Below, one piece after another: positions 49,958-58,861 of a stretch of 64,000 bases of DNA; positions within the stretch are counted from its first letter, which is position 1; the number at the start of each line of letters is the position of its first letter. The position numbers were made by a program, and so were the translations under genes. The notes under the pieces were generated by a model that was given only the letters and a program-made list of their open reading frames with translations, did no database searches and had not been told where the DNA came from. The stretch comes from Myxococcales bacterium (GTDB lineage: Bacteria > Myxococcota_A > Polyangia > Polyangiales > DASUME01), in the NCBI GenBank assembly GCA_047601445.1, contig JASGJH010000001.1, positions 8,416,001 through 8,480,000 on the forward strand, given 5' to 3'.

Positions 49958-50092
49958 ATGAGCGACCCTACCAACAGTGACCCTAGCAAGATCAAGCTAC
50001 CCACCAAGCCCGCCGGTATCAGGTCTAACGCCAACGCTAACGTGGTGCGCGTGAAGCCGTCCGTAAAGAAGCCGATCTGGTCCGGACGCTGA
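49958..50092 (+). CDS. 44-aa small protein; candidate substrate or precursor for YcaO/TfuA
   Basis: MSDPTNSDPSKIKLPTKPAGIRSNANANVVRVKPSVKKPIWSGR, with promoter and RBS. It overlaps the 3' end of the TPR ORF on the opposite strand. Confidence 0.55.
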   Translation: MSDPTNSDPSKIKLPTKPAGIRSNANANVVRVKPSVKKPIWSGR

Positions 50093-51287
50093 GTTCGTTC
50101 TTGGGTCGGGCACCCGAGGCCATGCTTCGAGACGTCCGGCCTGTGCGTCCTGGCCCGCGCGTTCGCTTGCGCTCCCTCGGGCGCGCCAGCGAACCGCGGA
50201 GGCGCTCCAACAGGAGCTGATGGTTTTCTCGGCAGGCGGTTACGCTCGGGTGCTTGTCGCCGAGCGTCGCGCGGAAAACGCGCAGAGCCTCCTCGCTCAA
50301 CGGCAGCGCTCGGCGGAGCAGGCCTCGCTCTTGATAGAGGGCAGCGAGGTTGTTCAGGATCAAGCAGAGTGTCGGGTCTGCCTCATGGGTGGCCTTCTTC
50401 AGCGCGAGCGCGCGCCGATAGTATCTCAATGCTTCTGCAGGCCGTCCGCTGCGGTGCAAGAGTGCGCCAAAGTTGGCGAGCTGAAAGGCCAGTTGCGGAT
50501 GGTGCACTCCGTAGATCCGTTGCAGCGCCGCGATGGCCTCGCGATAGAGTCGTTCGGCTTCGCGACGCTCCCCGCAGGCGTCGAGGATGGCCGCCAAGCC
50601 AGCCGCCGTATGAGCGACGTCAGGGTGCCTTGGACCGAGGGCGCGGCGTCGGATTGCAAGCGCGCGCCGTGCGGGCGGCAAGGCGCGCCGGAAGTGCCCG
50701 CGCGCGTGGGCCAGGCCTCCGAGGTTGTGATAGATGCCGCCGAGCCGCAGATCATGCTCATCAACCTGGGGCTTGAGGATTGCCAGGGCTCGTCTGTAGG
50801 CCGTTCCCGCTTCGTTGAAAGCTCCCATGTACTTGCAGACCACGCCCAGTTCGTTGTGCAGGGCGGCCACCGTCGGGTCTCTGGGGCCCAGTGCACGCTC
50901 GGCAAAGAGCAACGCGCGCTGAAGCCGACTCTTGGCGCGGCGGTAGCGCGCTTGACGGCGTTCGAGGTCGGCCAGGTAGAGCTGGACCTGAACGCGCAGC
51001 TGCAGACGCTCGGTTCCTTTTCGGACGCGTCGGCTGAGCTGAGCCGCGCGGGTGCCATGACGATGGGCTTCATCCAGATCGCCAAGGCCGCCGAGCGCAT
51101 TCATCGACGTCATCAGCACATTGACGAGCTCCGGCGAGGACGGGCCGAAAGCGAGCTCGCAGCGCTGCAGGGCGCCCAGGGCCAGGCGGACCGACTCCTG
51201 ATACTGACCGGCCTCGAGTGCTTGCTCAGCGCGCTCGAGCCAGCGGGCGGTCGATCGTTGAAGAGCTTGGTTTGGAATGATGCTCAT
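50037..51287 (-). CDS. Tetratricopeptide-repeat protein (kinesin-light-chain-like TPRs)
   Basis: Repeated 'A...NLG..L...G...EA...YRRAL.I....LG..HP'. No signal peptide. Confidence 0.85.
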   Translation of the reverse strand: MSIIPNQALQRSTARWLERAEQALEAGQYQESVRLALGALQRCELAFGPSSPELVNVLMTSMNALGGLGDLDEAHRHGTRAAQLSRRVRKGTERLQLRVQVQLYLADLERRQARYRRAKSRLQRALLFAERALGPRDPTVAALHNELGVVCKYMGAFNEAGTAYRRALAILKPQVDEHDLRLGGIYHNLGGLAHARGHFRRALPPARRALAIRRRALGPRHPDVAHTAAGLAAILDACGERREAERLYREAIAALQRIYGVHHPQLAFQLANFGALLHRSGRPAEALRYYRRALALKKATHEADPTLCLILNNLAALYQERGLLRRALPLSEEALRVFRATLGDKHPSVTACRENHQLLLERLRGSLARPRERKRTRGPGRTGRTSRSMASGARPKNELSVRTRSASLRTASRAPR

Positions 51288-51331
51288 AGAGTGTCCAGTT
51301 GCGGGGCATCCCCACGCGTTCACCAAGAAAG

Positions 51332-52561
51332 ATGGGTCGTTGCGACATGCGTATTTTCGATCGCGAGTATTCGGCAGAAAAGCACTATCTTGCGGGCACC
51401 CATCGATCGCGTAGCCCCGCGCAGACGGTGGCGGCGATGCGGCGCCACATGCCTCGCATGGGCATTACGCGGCTTGCCAACGTGACCGGACTCGACCACG
51501 TGGGGATTCCGGTGTTCGTTTCGGTCCGTCCAAACTCGCTGTCCCTGGCCACCGCGCAGGGCAAGGGCGTGGATGTCGATTCGGCGCGCGCCTCGGCGTT
51601 GATGGAGTCCGTCGAGGGCTGGCACGCGGAACACATCGAGCTGCCGCTACGCTGGGATTCGTACCAACGCTTGCGTCGCCAGGCCCCGGTGGTCGATGTA
51701 GATAGGCTGGCCCTCGTCAACCCGGTAAACCACGCGCTGGCGCGAGGCTGGTTGGAGGGGTGGGACCTCATCGGAGGCTGCTCGACATGGGTGCCCTACG
51801 ACGTGGTGACCACGGACTACGTCGCGGGAACCCGCAGCGAGTTCCTGCAAACGAGCAATGGCCTCGCATCGGGAAACCACCTCCTTGAAGCGGCCGTCCA
51901 TGGCCTGTGCGAACTGATTGAGCGCGACGCCGAAGCGCTGTGGCACGCCAACGCCGACTTGCGTGCTGTCGACCTGACGTGCATCGAAGAACCATACTGC
52001 GCGGCGCTCTTGACGCGGCTGCGGCGTGCGGAGCTCTTCGTGGCGGCCTGGGAGATGACGTCAGACCTGGGCATTCCCGCGTTCGGTTGCCTGGTGATGA
52101 ACACGCCCGAACAGAACCGGTGGCGTGTCGAAGGGCTCCACTACGGCTACGGCTGCCATCTTGAGCCCGCGGTCGCCCTCTCGCGTGCCATCTCCGAGGC
52201 TGTGCAGACACGGCTGACCTACATCGCAGGCAGTCGCGACGACCTGCGCAAGAGCGACTACCTCGGCACGCGCAACCCGGACCATCTTCGCGAGGCGTAC
52301 GACGAGTTGCGGGCGATGGCGCCGAACCGTCGCCTGTCGGACATGGCCTCCCTCGCGACCAGGACCTTCGAAGGCGATCTGGAAGTGTTGCTCGATGCCG
52401 TACGCAGGGCGGGCCTGCCGCAGGCAATCCTGGTCGATCTTGGCAAACCGGAGCTGGAGATGGCCGTGGTGCGCATGGTGGTACCGGACCTGATGACCTG
52501 CGACGCAGTGCTACCGATGAACCGCTTGCCGGCGAGCCGCGCTGCCATGGGAGGTGTGTGA
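51332..52561 (+). CDS. ycaO: YcaO-family protein (TfuA-associated thioamide-forming type)
   Basis: GITRLANVTGLDHVGIPV, QGKG, SALMESVE, SNGLASGN, ELIERD, GYGCH, EAVQTR..IAGSRDD. Start at 51332 or 51347. Confidence 0.93.
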   Translation: MGRCDMRIFDREYSAEKHYLAGTHRSRSPAQTVAAMRRHMPRMGITRLANVTGLDHVGIPVFVSVRPNSLSLATAQGKGVDVDSARASALMESVEGWHAEHIELPLRWDSYQRLRRQAPVVDVDRLALVNPVNHALARGWLEGWDLIGGCSTWVPYDVVTTDYVAGTRSEFLQTSNGLASGNHLLEAAVHGLCELIERDAEALWHANADLRAVDLTCIEEPYCAALLTRLRRAELFVAAWEMTSDLGIPAFGCLVMNTPEQNRWRVEGLHYGYGCHLEPAVALSRAISEAVQTRLTYIAGSRDDLRKSDYLGTRNPDHLREAYDELRAMAPNRRLSDMASLATRTFEGDLEVLLDAVRRAGLPQAILVDLGKPELEMAVVRMVVPDLMTCDAVLPMNRLPASRAAMGGV

Positions 52562-53886
52562 TGAATGGAGGGATCTACGTCTTTCTCGGGCCGACCCTGC
52601 CTGTGGCACAAGCGCGCTCCATCTTGTCTGCAGAGTACTTGCCCCCAGTCACGCTGGGGGACGTTACCCGCGTGACGGAGAAAAATCCGTCGGCCATTGC
52701 GATCATAGACGGCTTGTTCGATCAAACCCCGGCGGTCTGGCACAAGGAGATCATGTACGCCCTCCACAAGGGCATCCGTGTGCTCGGTGCGTCTAGCATG
52801 GGTGCACTGCGTGCGGCCGAGCTGCATGTCTTCGGTATGGAGGGCATCGGCAAGGTCTTCGAGGCCTACCGTGAGGGTGTTCTGGAAGATGACGACGAGG
52901 TCGCGGTCGCGCATCGGCTCGCGAGCGGCGAGTTCCGCGTAGAGTCCGAGGCCATGGTGAACGTGCGTGAGACGCTGCTGCGGGCGCAGGCGGCGGGCGT
53001 ACTCTCTCGCACGCTAGAGCAACGATTGTGCGCGATCGCCAAGGAGATGTTCTATCCCGACCGTACCTGGCGCAGCATCCTCGGATCGGCGCGCATGGCA
53101 GGTCTGCCCCAGGAGGAGCTCGCGCAACTCGAGAAGTACGTGGCCGCGTCACGCGCGGACCTCAAGCGCGAAGATGCCCTGGAGCTCTTGCACAAGTTGG
53201 CGCGGGAGCGCCACACGGCAAGACCGCGAGTCGTGCCGAGCTTCGACTTCGAGCCGACCGTCTACTGGCAAGACATGCGCTCCGAGGAGCTGCTCGAGAG
53301 CGAGCTCGAAGAGCTGGCCGGACAGCTTCCACCAGAGCTCGAGGCCGATCAGCTGCGTCGGCACGTCAGACTTTCCCAGGCGCTCCATACCGACATGGCT
53401 CGCGAGGCACTGCTGCTATTTCTGTCGCGACGCGAGGCCGAGCGCATCGGAGGTCCGCCTCCGGCCGAGGAGTGGGCGACTCGAGCCAGCGCGCTGCAGC
53501 AATCGGCGCCGTCGCTCCAGGTGGCCAACGCCCGCAGGCTCGCCGCAGCTCAGCTCGGGCTAGAAAAAGTCCTGGAAACACAGCGCGTCGATCTACTCAG
53601 CCACTTTGCCGTGCTGCTCGCCGAGCGCGGATTGTGGGAAAGCACGATCGCCGACGCTCGGCACAAGATGCGCACGCTCGCCGACCTGGGACTGACGGAG
53701 CCTTCGCTCGAGGACGCTGGGATCGATCTCCCCGGGCTCATGACGTGGTTCGCGGCGCGCTACCAGGTAGAGGTGGCAGAGCCGGAGGTCCACGCATGGA
53801 GTCTCGGCTTCACCACGGTCAACGAGTTCACCAGCGAACTCCTGCGCCAGTTCTTGGTGGAGCGGCAGGTACAGTTGGTTCCGTGA
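52561..53886 (+). CDS. tfuA: TfuA-like protein with a C-terminal helical extension
   Basis: VFLGPTL, IIDGLF...VWHKEI, GASSMGALRAAEL, DDDEVAV, FYPDRTW, DLKREDA. Confidence 0.93.
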   Translation: MNGGIYVFLGPTLPVAQARSILSAEYLPPVTLGDVTRVTEKNPSAIAIIDGLFDQTPAVWHKEIMYALHKGIRVLGASSMGALRAAELHVFGMEGIGKVFEAYREGVLEDDDEVAVAHRLASGEFRVESEAMVNVRETLLRAQAAGVLSRTLEQRLCAIAKEMFYPDRTWRSILGSARMAGLPQEELAQLEKYVAASRADLKREDALELLHKLARERHTARPRVVPSFDFEPTVYWQDMRSEELLESELEELAGQLPPELEADQLRRHVRLSQALHTDMAREALLLFLSRREAERIGGPPPAEEWATRASALQQSAPSLQVANARRLAAAQLGLEKVLETQRVDLLSHFAVLLAERGLWESTIADARHKMRTLADLGLTEPSLEDAGIDLPGLMTWFAARYQVEVAEPEVHAWSLGFTTVNEFTSELLRQFLVERQVQLVP

Positions 53887-53910
53887 ATCAGCGAACCTCA
53901 GTATTCGGGC

Positions 53911-55731
53911 TCAGCGAAACAAGCCTGGCAAGTACGCGGTGTCCGCCGTGAAGCGGAGCTCGAGGTCGCGGGCGACGCAGCAGAGTGCGAGCAGGGGCCA
54001 CGCGATCAATCCATCGTCGTCCAGCCGCCTCGACGGCGGCGTGAAGTACTTCTTGTGGGCCGAGAGAGCCGAGACCAGCGCGCTCTGGAAGGCTGCGCTG
54101 TCGCGCCTGGCGAGGGCGTCCAGCAGCGGGGCCAACGGTTTGATCAGCCCGTCCATCTTCGCGCGCTCGATGAAGCGACGGTGCTGCGGTTGGGTGAACT
54201 CGCGGAACTGCGCGACGGCGCGCAGCGCCACGTCGGGCTTGCGGCGCAGGGTACTCAACGCAGCGCGCAGGGAGGCCTGGAACGGATCCACGTCCGTGCG
54301 CAGGCTCGCCTCCGGCATGCCCTCGATGCGCTCGAGGTTCGCACCGTCGCGGACGATCGAAGTTAGATACCAGGCCGCTGTCCATTGGAGTGGGTTGACG
54401 AGCTCGTTCTTCGCCGGCACGGTGACGGTGAAGCTGCCGAGCGGGAACGACACCTCCGGGCCACCGCCTGGCAGGTACGCGCAGAGCTGGCCGGCGGCGG
54501 CCTGGGCCGCGAGCCGCATGCTGTCCAGGATGATCGCGTGGTCCGGCTCGATGGCGGTCGCGCTGGCCGCCACCGTCTTCGCTCCGTAGTGCACGCGGTT
54601 CAGCGCCGCCGCCGGACCCAGCGCAAACGTGCCGTCGATGATCGCGACCATCTCCGCGCGTCGCTCGCGATAGGTCGCGTGGTCCAGCATTGCCACATCC
54701 AAGGCCGGACGCGCGATCGACGCATCCTTCGCGGGCGCCGCAGGAGACGCCTTCGCTCGCGCGCGCTTCGGGCGCTCATACTGGTCCGCCATACGCGAGA
54801 GCGAACCCTCGAGGTCCGCCGCCTCCATGTCTTCGGGAGCGGTGGTGGCGAGCCTGCCGGCACGCGCGTCGTGCCACAGCAGGGTGCCGCTACCATTCGT
54901 AGCGATCGGAACCAGCCAGCGCAACAGCGCGTGCTTGGTGGCGGGGCCCAGCCCCTGGAGTTGTGCGTCGAAGGCCTCGAGCATGCCGTTGCCGTAAAAC
55001 AACGCGACCTTGCGCCCGGCATCCGCGAGCCACCGTACATCGTTCGCGGCAAAGCGCTGACGGTCGACCTTGTTGTTCAGGTCGTGGTGGTGGTCGAGCC
55101 GTCCATCAGCGCTCACGGCCAGGAGGGCGTGCCCTCTTTGCATCATGCGCATGTAGTGGCGGTGCGTGAGCAAGAGGGTGTCGTCTAGCACTGCCATGCT
55201 CTCGAACGCGCTGTGCCCGGCGAACACCTTTCCGCGTGCGTATAGCTGGTCTTTCGAGTCGGCAAAGAACGGCACCGGCGGTTCGGCAGCGGTAGACGGC
55301 ATCACCATCAGCCGCGTCGCCCGCCCGGAGTCCGCGATGCTTAGAACGGTGCGGTCGCCGAGCACGGCGACCTGCATCACGCCGGCCTCCTCGCCGCCGC
55401 AGCCCGTCCACTCGGGCGGCGCGCTGGGCTCGAGCGCCTGCAGGTCGAGTTCGAGGTTGTGTGCGGTATCACCGACCACGCCGAGCAGACATCGCCCGTC
55501 GGGTAGGGCAAACGGTCGCGCCGAGTACCACCTGCACTCGGCACCACTCGCTACGACCCGCGTGCAAAGCACGCCTAGCTGAGCGTCGAACAGGGACAGC
55601 ACGGCCCGCACACCGTGCTGCGCGGCGGCCACAATCCAACCCGACGGCGTATGCGCGGCATGCACCGTGACTGGACTCGTCCAATCTGTCTCGAACTGAA
55701 ACTCCTTGGGCATGGGCACCGAACTCAGCAC
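53911..55731 (-). CDS. Protein with a C-terminal Imm49-like immunity domain
   Basis: The C-terminus 'AL.AHKKYF...GLIAWPLLALCCVARD....TAYLP' matches the Imm49 pattern. The N-terminal ~320 aa are beta-rich. Confidence 0.7.
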   Translation of the reverse strand: MLSSVPMPKEFQFETDWTSPVTVHAAHTPSGWIVAAAQHGVRAVLSLFDAQLGVLCTRVVASGAECRWYSARPFALPDGRCLLGVVGDTAHNLELDLQALEPSAPPEWTGCGGEEAGVMQVAVLGDRTVLSIADSGRATRLMVMPSTAAEPPVPFFADSKDQLYARGKVFAGHSAFESMAVLDDTLLLTHRHYMRMMQRGHALLAVSADGRLDHHHDLNNKVDRQRFAANDVRWLADAGRKVALFYGNGMLEAFDAQLQGLGPATKHALLRWLVPIATNGSGTLLWHDARAGRLATTAPEDMEAADLEGSLSRMADQYERPKRARAKASPAAPAKDASIARPALDVAMLDHATYRERRAEMVAIIDGTFALGPAAALNRVHYGAKTVAASATAIEPDHAIILDSMRLAAQAAAGQLCAYLPGGGPEVSFPLGSFTVTVPAKNELVNPLQWTAAWYLTSIVRDGANLERIEGMPEASLRTDVDPFQASLRAALSTLRRKPDVALRAVAQFREFTQPQHRRFIERAKMDGLIKPLAPLLDALARRDSAAFQSALVSALSAHKKYFTPPSRRLDDDGLIAWPLLALCCVARDLELRFTADTAYLPGLFR

Positions 55732-55839
55732 GCGACGGCCCTTGTAGAACTGTGTTGCTGCATGCGCCTGGACTCTACTCGTGAGCCGTGGCCAGGTCGC
55801 GACTTTTCGCCAGTCGTGCTCGGCCGCTGGCAGCTGGCT

Positions 55840-56682
55840 TCAGTTCGAGAAGATGCGCAAATTGGCGCCTGGCTCCAGCATCGGACGAATGCGAGCCGCG
55901 ATGTCCTCGGGCGACTTGGGCGCAGGCTGCGCGTGATAGAGGTCCAGGGAGCGTCGCACGCGCTTGACCTCGCCCATGGCGCGTAGCGCTTCGAGGGAGG
56001 TCCGGTCCGTTCGGTCCAGGGCCGCAAAGCGCAAGCAGGCCGGGTCGAGCAGTCGCCGCTGTACCCGGAAGTTCACTTGATGCGCGCATCGGCACGGATT
56101 CTCGGGGTTGGCCACGCCGCATTGCTTGGACATGAATGCATCGAGGGTCGCGCGGGCCCGTGACAGCCGCTTGCGAAACGCGACCTCGCTGATTCCGAGC
56201 GCCGCAGCGGCCTCGGGCGACTCCAGCTCACAGATGGCCCCGAGCACGAACGCGATACGCTGATCGCGATCGAGCGCCCGCAACATCGCCTGCGTGCAGC
56301 CGAGGAAGACTTCCTCCTCCAGCAGCCTTGCGTCGGCGGCCCCCAACGTCTCCGGCGCGATCTCGTTCGGTGGTTGCCCGAGGTTCTCCGCGAGCTCCTC
56401 GAACGTCGCCCGTCGGGCCTCGGCCTTCTCGCGCAGCAAATGGCGGCAGGCGATGCGATAGGCCCAGGTGGAGACCGCGCTCTCACCGCGGAAGGTGGAG
56501 AGCTTGGTGATCACCAGGATCAAGATCTCTTGCGTTGCGTCACGGGCGTCGTCGCGGTGACTCAGGAACCTCAGGGCGAGCGCGTAGATGGGATCTTGCA
56601 GGCCCCGAACCAGGCCTTCGAGCGCGTCTCGATCGCCTTCTTTGGCGCGCGCTGCCAGGGCGTCGAGGCCAGGGGCAATCAC
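55840..56682 (-). CDS. ECF sigma factor with a Cys-rich C-terminal extension
   Basis: DARDATQEI, FRGES..TW.YRIA, region 4 RKRLSRAR, tail CGVANPENPCRC. Confidence 0.9.
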   Translation of the reverse strand: MIAPGLDALAARAKEGDRDALEGLVRGLQDPIYALALRFLSHRDDARDATQEILILVITKLSTFRGESAVSTWAYRIACRHLLREKAEARRATFEELAENLGQPPNEIAPETLGAADARLLEEEVFLGCTQAMLRALDRDQRIAFVLGAICELESPEAAAALGISEVAFRKRLSRARATLDAFMSKQCGVANPENPCRCAHQVNFRVQRRLLDPACLRFAALDRTDRTSLEALRAMGEVKRVRRSLDLYHAQPAPKSPEDIAARIRPMLEPGANLRIFSN

Positions 56683-57572
56683 TGCGCGGCCTCACTCGCG
56701 GCGCCGACTACCTTGGGCAACCACGCCTCGAGTGCAGCGACGATCTCCATGGGCGAATCCTCCTGCGGGTAGTGTAACCCGGGGACCGTGACCTCATCTT
56801 GGTTGGGCAGTGTGCGGCAAAGCTCGCGCAGGGTGCCCACCAGCAAGCGTCCAGGCTCGGCATTGATGAACAGCTTGGGAACGCTGCTCTCGGTGAGCCA
56901 TGCGCGATAGCGATCGATCCGCGCGACGATCTCGGGCGGCTGGTCGTCGAAGGGCAGCATGCGTGGCCAGGACAGGGTGGGGCGGCGGGCTTCACCGGAG
57001 TCACGAAACGGGCGCCTGTACTCGTCCGCGTCGACCTGGCTCAGGGGGCGCAGGGTGCTCTCCGCGGAGACCATGCGTTCCACGAAAAGGTTCTCATCCA
57101 GCACCATGCGCTCGCCTTCGGATGAGCGAATCTTGTCGAAGAACGCTTGCGCCGGAGGGGGCAGCAGCGACAGCGGCGTCGAGCCGATCAAGCCCTCCAT
57201 GTAGGCCATGCCACGAACGCGCTCGGGGTGTCGGCGCGCCCAGTCGAAGCCCAACGCCGATCCCCAGTCGTGAACCACCAGGACCACTGGCTCGTCAGGC
57301 AGCACGGCGTCGAACCAGCCATCGATGAAGGCCTGCTGCGTCGCATAGGCGTAAGCGTCCGGTCCGGTCTCCGGCAGCTTGGCGGAGTCGCCCATCCCGA
57401 TGAGGTCCGGGGCAAGGCACCGATATCGGCCTTCCAACGGGGCAACGATGTTCCGCCAGAGATACGACGACGTGGGATTGCCATGGAGGAACACCAAGGG
57501 GACACCCTCACCCCGGTCCACGTAGGCCATCGAGAAACCCTTGATCTGAACGAACTTTTTGGCCGCTTTCAT
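56679..57572 (-). CDS. dhaA: Haloalkane dehalogenase
   Basis: HGNPTSSYLWRN, PDLIGMG, HDWG nucleophile elbow, RRPTLSWPR, GLHYPQEDSP. Confidence 0.88.
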   Translation of the reverse strand: MKAAKKFVQIKGFSMAYVDRGEGVPLVFLHGNPTSSYLWRNIVAPLEGRYRCLAPDLIGMGDSAKLPETGPDAYAYATQQAFIDGWFDAVLPDEPVVLVVHDWGSALGFDWARRHPERVRGMAYMEGLIGSTPLSLLPPPAQAFFDKIRSSEGERMVLDENLFVERMVSAESTLRPLSQVDADEYRRPFRDSGEARRPTLSWPRMLPFDDQPPEIVARIDRYRAWLTESSVPKLFINAEPGRLLVGTLRELCRTLPNQDEVTVPGLHYPQEDSPMEIVAALEAWLPKVVGAASEAAQ

Positions 57573-57612
57573 GACTTGCTCCCGCAGCCCTTGGTTGGGC
57601 TTCTGGTTTTTG

Positions 57613-57639
57613 GAGCACTGGCGCGAGCCAAGTGTGACC
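57613..57639 (-). promoter_or_regulatory. Candidate ECF promoter for the dehalogenase-sigma operon
   Basis: The minus strand reads GGTCACA-N16-GCTC, ~40 nt before ATG 57572. Confidence 0.4.
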
Positions 57640-57752
57640 GAGAAAAGAGCCCGGCAGCAGGGCGGCTCGATCACCCTCGCAGGTCGTCTGCCGGCAAGCT
57701 TGCTCACAGGGCGCATGATCTCGTATGGGTGGGCAAGCATCAGGAGCTCACG

Positions 57753-58742
57753 CTGACCCGGACCGTACGCCAAACCATCGCCCTGTTCATGGTCTGTCCG
57801 CTCTGGGCCTGCGCTGGGGACCGTCACGCGGACCGCGACGCGAGTACCTGGTCCGTCGACGGCGGTGCGGACGCTTCGCCCGCCGCGGACGGGGAGTGTG
57901 GCAGCCTGCACGACCTCGACGATTGGGTCGGAATCTCCACCACCGAAGAGCTGGCGGCGATGAAGTGCGTGCGCAGCGTGAGCGGGACCATCACGATCTC
58001 GGGCGACGAGATCATGGATCTGAGCCCGTTGGGACACCTCGAGCGTGCCCATGGCTTGAGGCTCACGGGGCTGACTCGGATCACCAGCCTGCACGGGCTG
58101 GAGAACCTGCGAGAGCTGAGGGTGGATGGCCTGCTCATCGAGTCGAATCCGGCGCTCAAGGATCTGCGTGGCCTCGACTCGCTCGAGCGCGTGGTAGGCC
58201 GACTCGAGGTGGCGGACAACGCTGAGTTGGTCACACTCGATGGCCTAGGGGCCGTTCGTAGCGTGGAGAACCCCTATCCGTCCCAGCCCTTGTTCTGGGG
58301 GCAGATCGTGATTCGCGAGAACCCACGGCTCGGCTCACTCGCGGCACTGGTTGCGCTCGTGAACGTGGACTCTGGCTTCCACGTCTGCGGGAACCAGGAG
58401 CTGACCACGTTGTTGCCCAACCCAGGCGCGATCCAGAACGTCGGCTTGCGTCTGAACGTGTTCTACAACCCAGCCCTGAGCTCCGAGACCGTGCAGGCTC
58501 TGCACGACGCGCTCCGGGTGGACCGGGTCAAGATCGCCGCCAACGGCCCGGCTCCATACGAGCCACGCATCCCTTGCGACTACGTGGGTGACGGCATCTG
58601 CGATGAAGCCATGTACGTCAGCGGCGACGTGATCGAGCACTGCGATCAGCTCCCGTGCTGTGCGCTCGAAGGGCCGACCGGGCTGTGCACCACTGGCAGC
58701 GATGCACTCGATTGCCCCCAAACGGGCGGCCTTCCCTTCTAG
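57753..58742 (+). CDS. Receptor L-domain / leucine-rich-repeat lipoprotein with a Cys-rich tail
   Basis: Repeats 'L.I..NP.L..L.GL..L..V', lipobox LWAC, tail 'GDGICDE...GLCTTGSDALDC'. Start uncertain (CTG 57753 after AGGAG, or ATG 57789). Confidence 0.75.
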   Translation: MTRTVRQTIALFMVCPLWACAGDRHADRDASTWSVDGGADASPAADGECGSLHDLDDWVGISTTEELAAMKCVRSVSGTITISGDEIMDLSPLGHLERAHGLRLTGLTRITSLHGLENLRELRVDGLLIESNPALKDLRGLDSLERVVGRLEVADNAELVTLDGLGAVRSVENPYPSQPLFWGQIVIRENPRLGSLAALVALVNVDSGFHVCGNQELTTLLPNPGAIQNVGLRLNVFYNPALSSETVQALHDALRVDRVKIAANGPAPYEPRIPCDYVGDGICDEAMYVSGDVIEHCDQLPCCALEGPTGLCTTGSDALDCPQTGGLPF

Positions 58743-58824
58743 CGCCGACGCGCTCCGATTCCCATCAATGACCGAGCACTCGCGGGGCATGGACCGTCGA
58801 GACCACGCTCCGTTCGTCTGCGAT

Positions 58825-58861
58825 GTGAGCCGTCTCGGCCGGCAGCGAACACTGCCTCACC
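58825..58861 (+). promoter_or_regulatory. ECF-type promoter, cassette-2 motif, copy 1
   Basis: GTGAGCCG-N17-CACTGCCT, starting 37 nt before ATG 58862. Confidence 0.65.

Noticed and set aside
55781..55810. GTGAGCCG in the intergenic gap
   Set aside because: It is on the wrong strand for the flanking genes and lacks a -10 match.
57573..58094. N-terminal extension of the dehalogenase ORF to 58094
   Set aside because: Family similarity begins at ATG 57572, and the extension overlaps the divergent L-domain gene.
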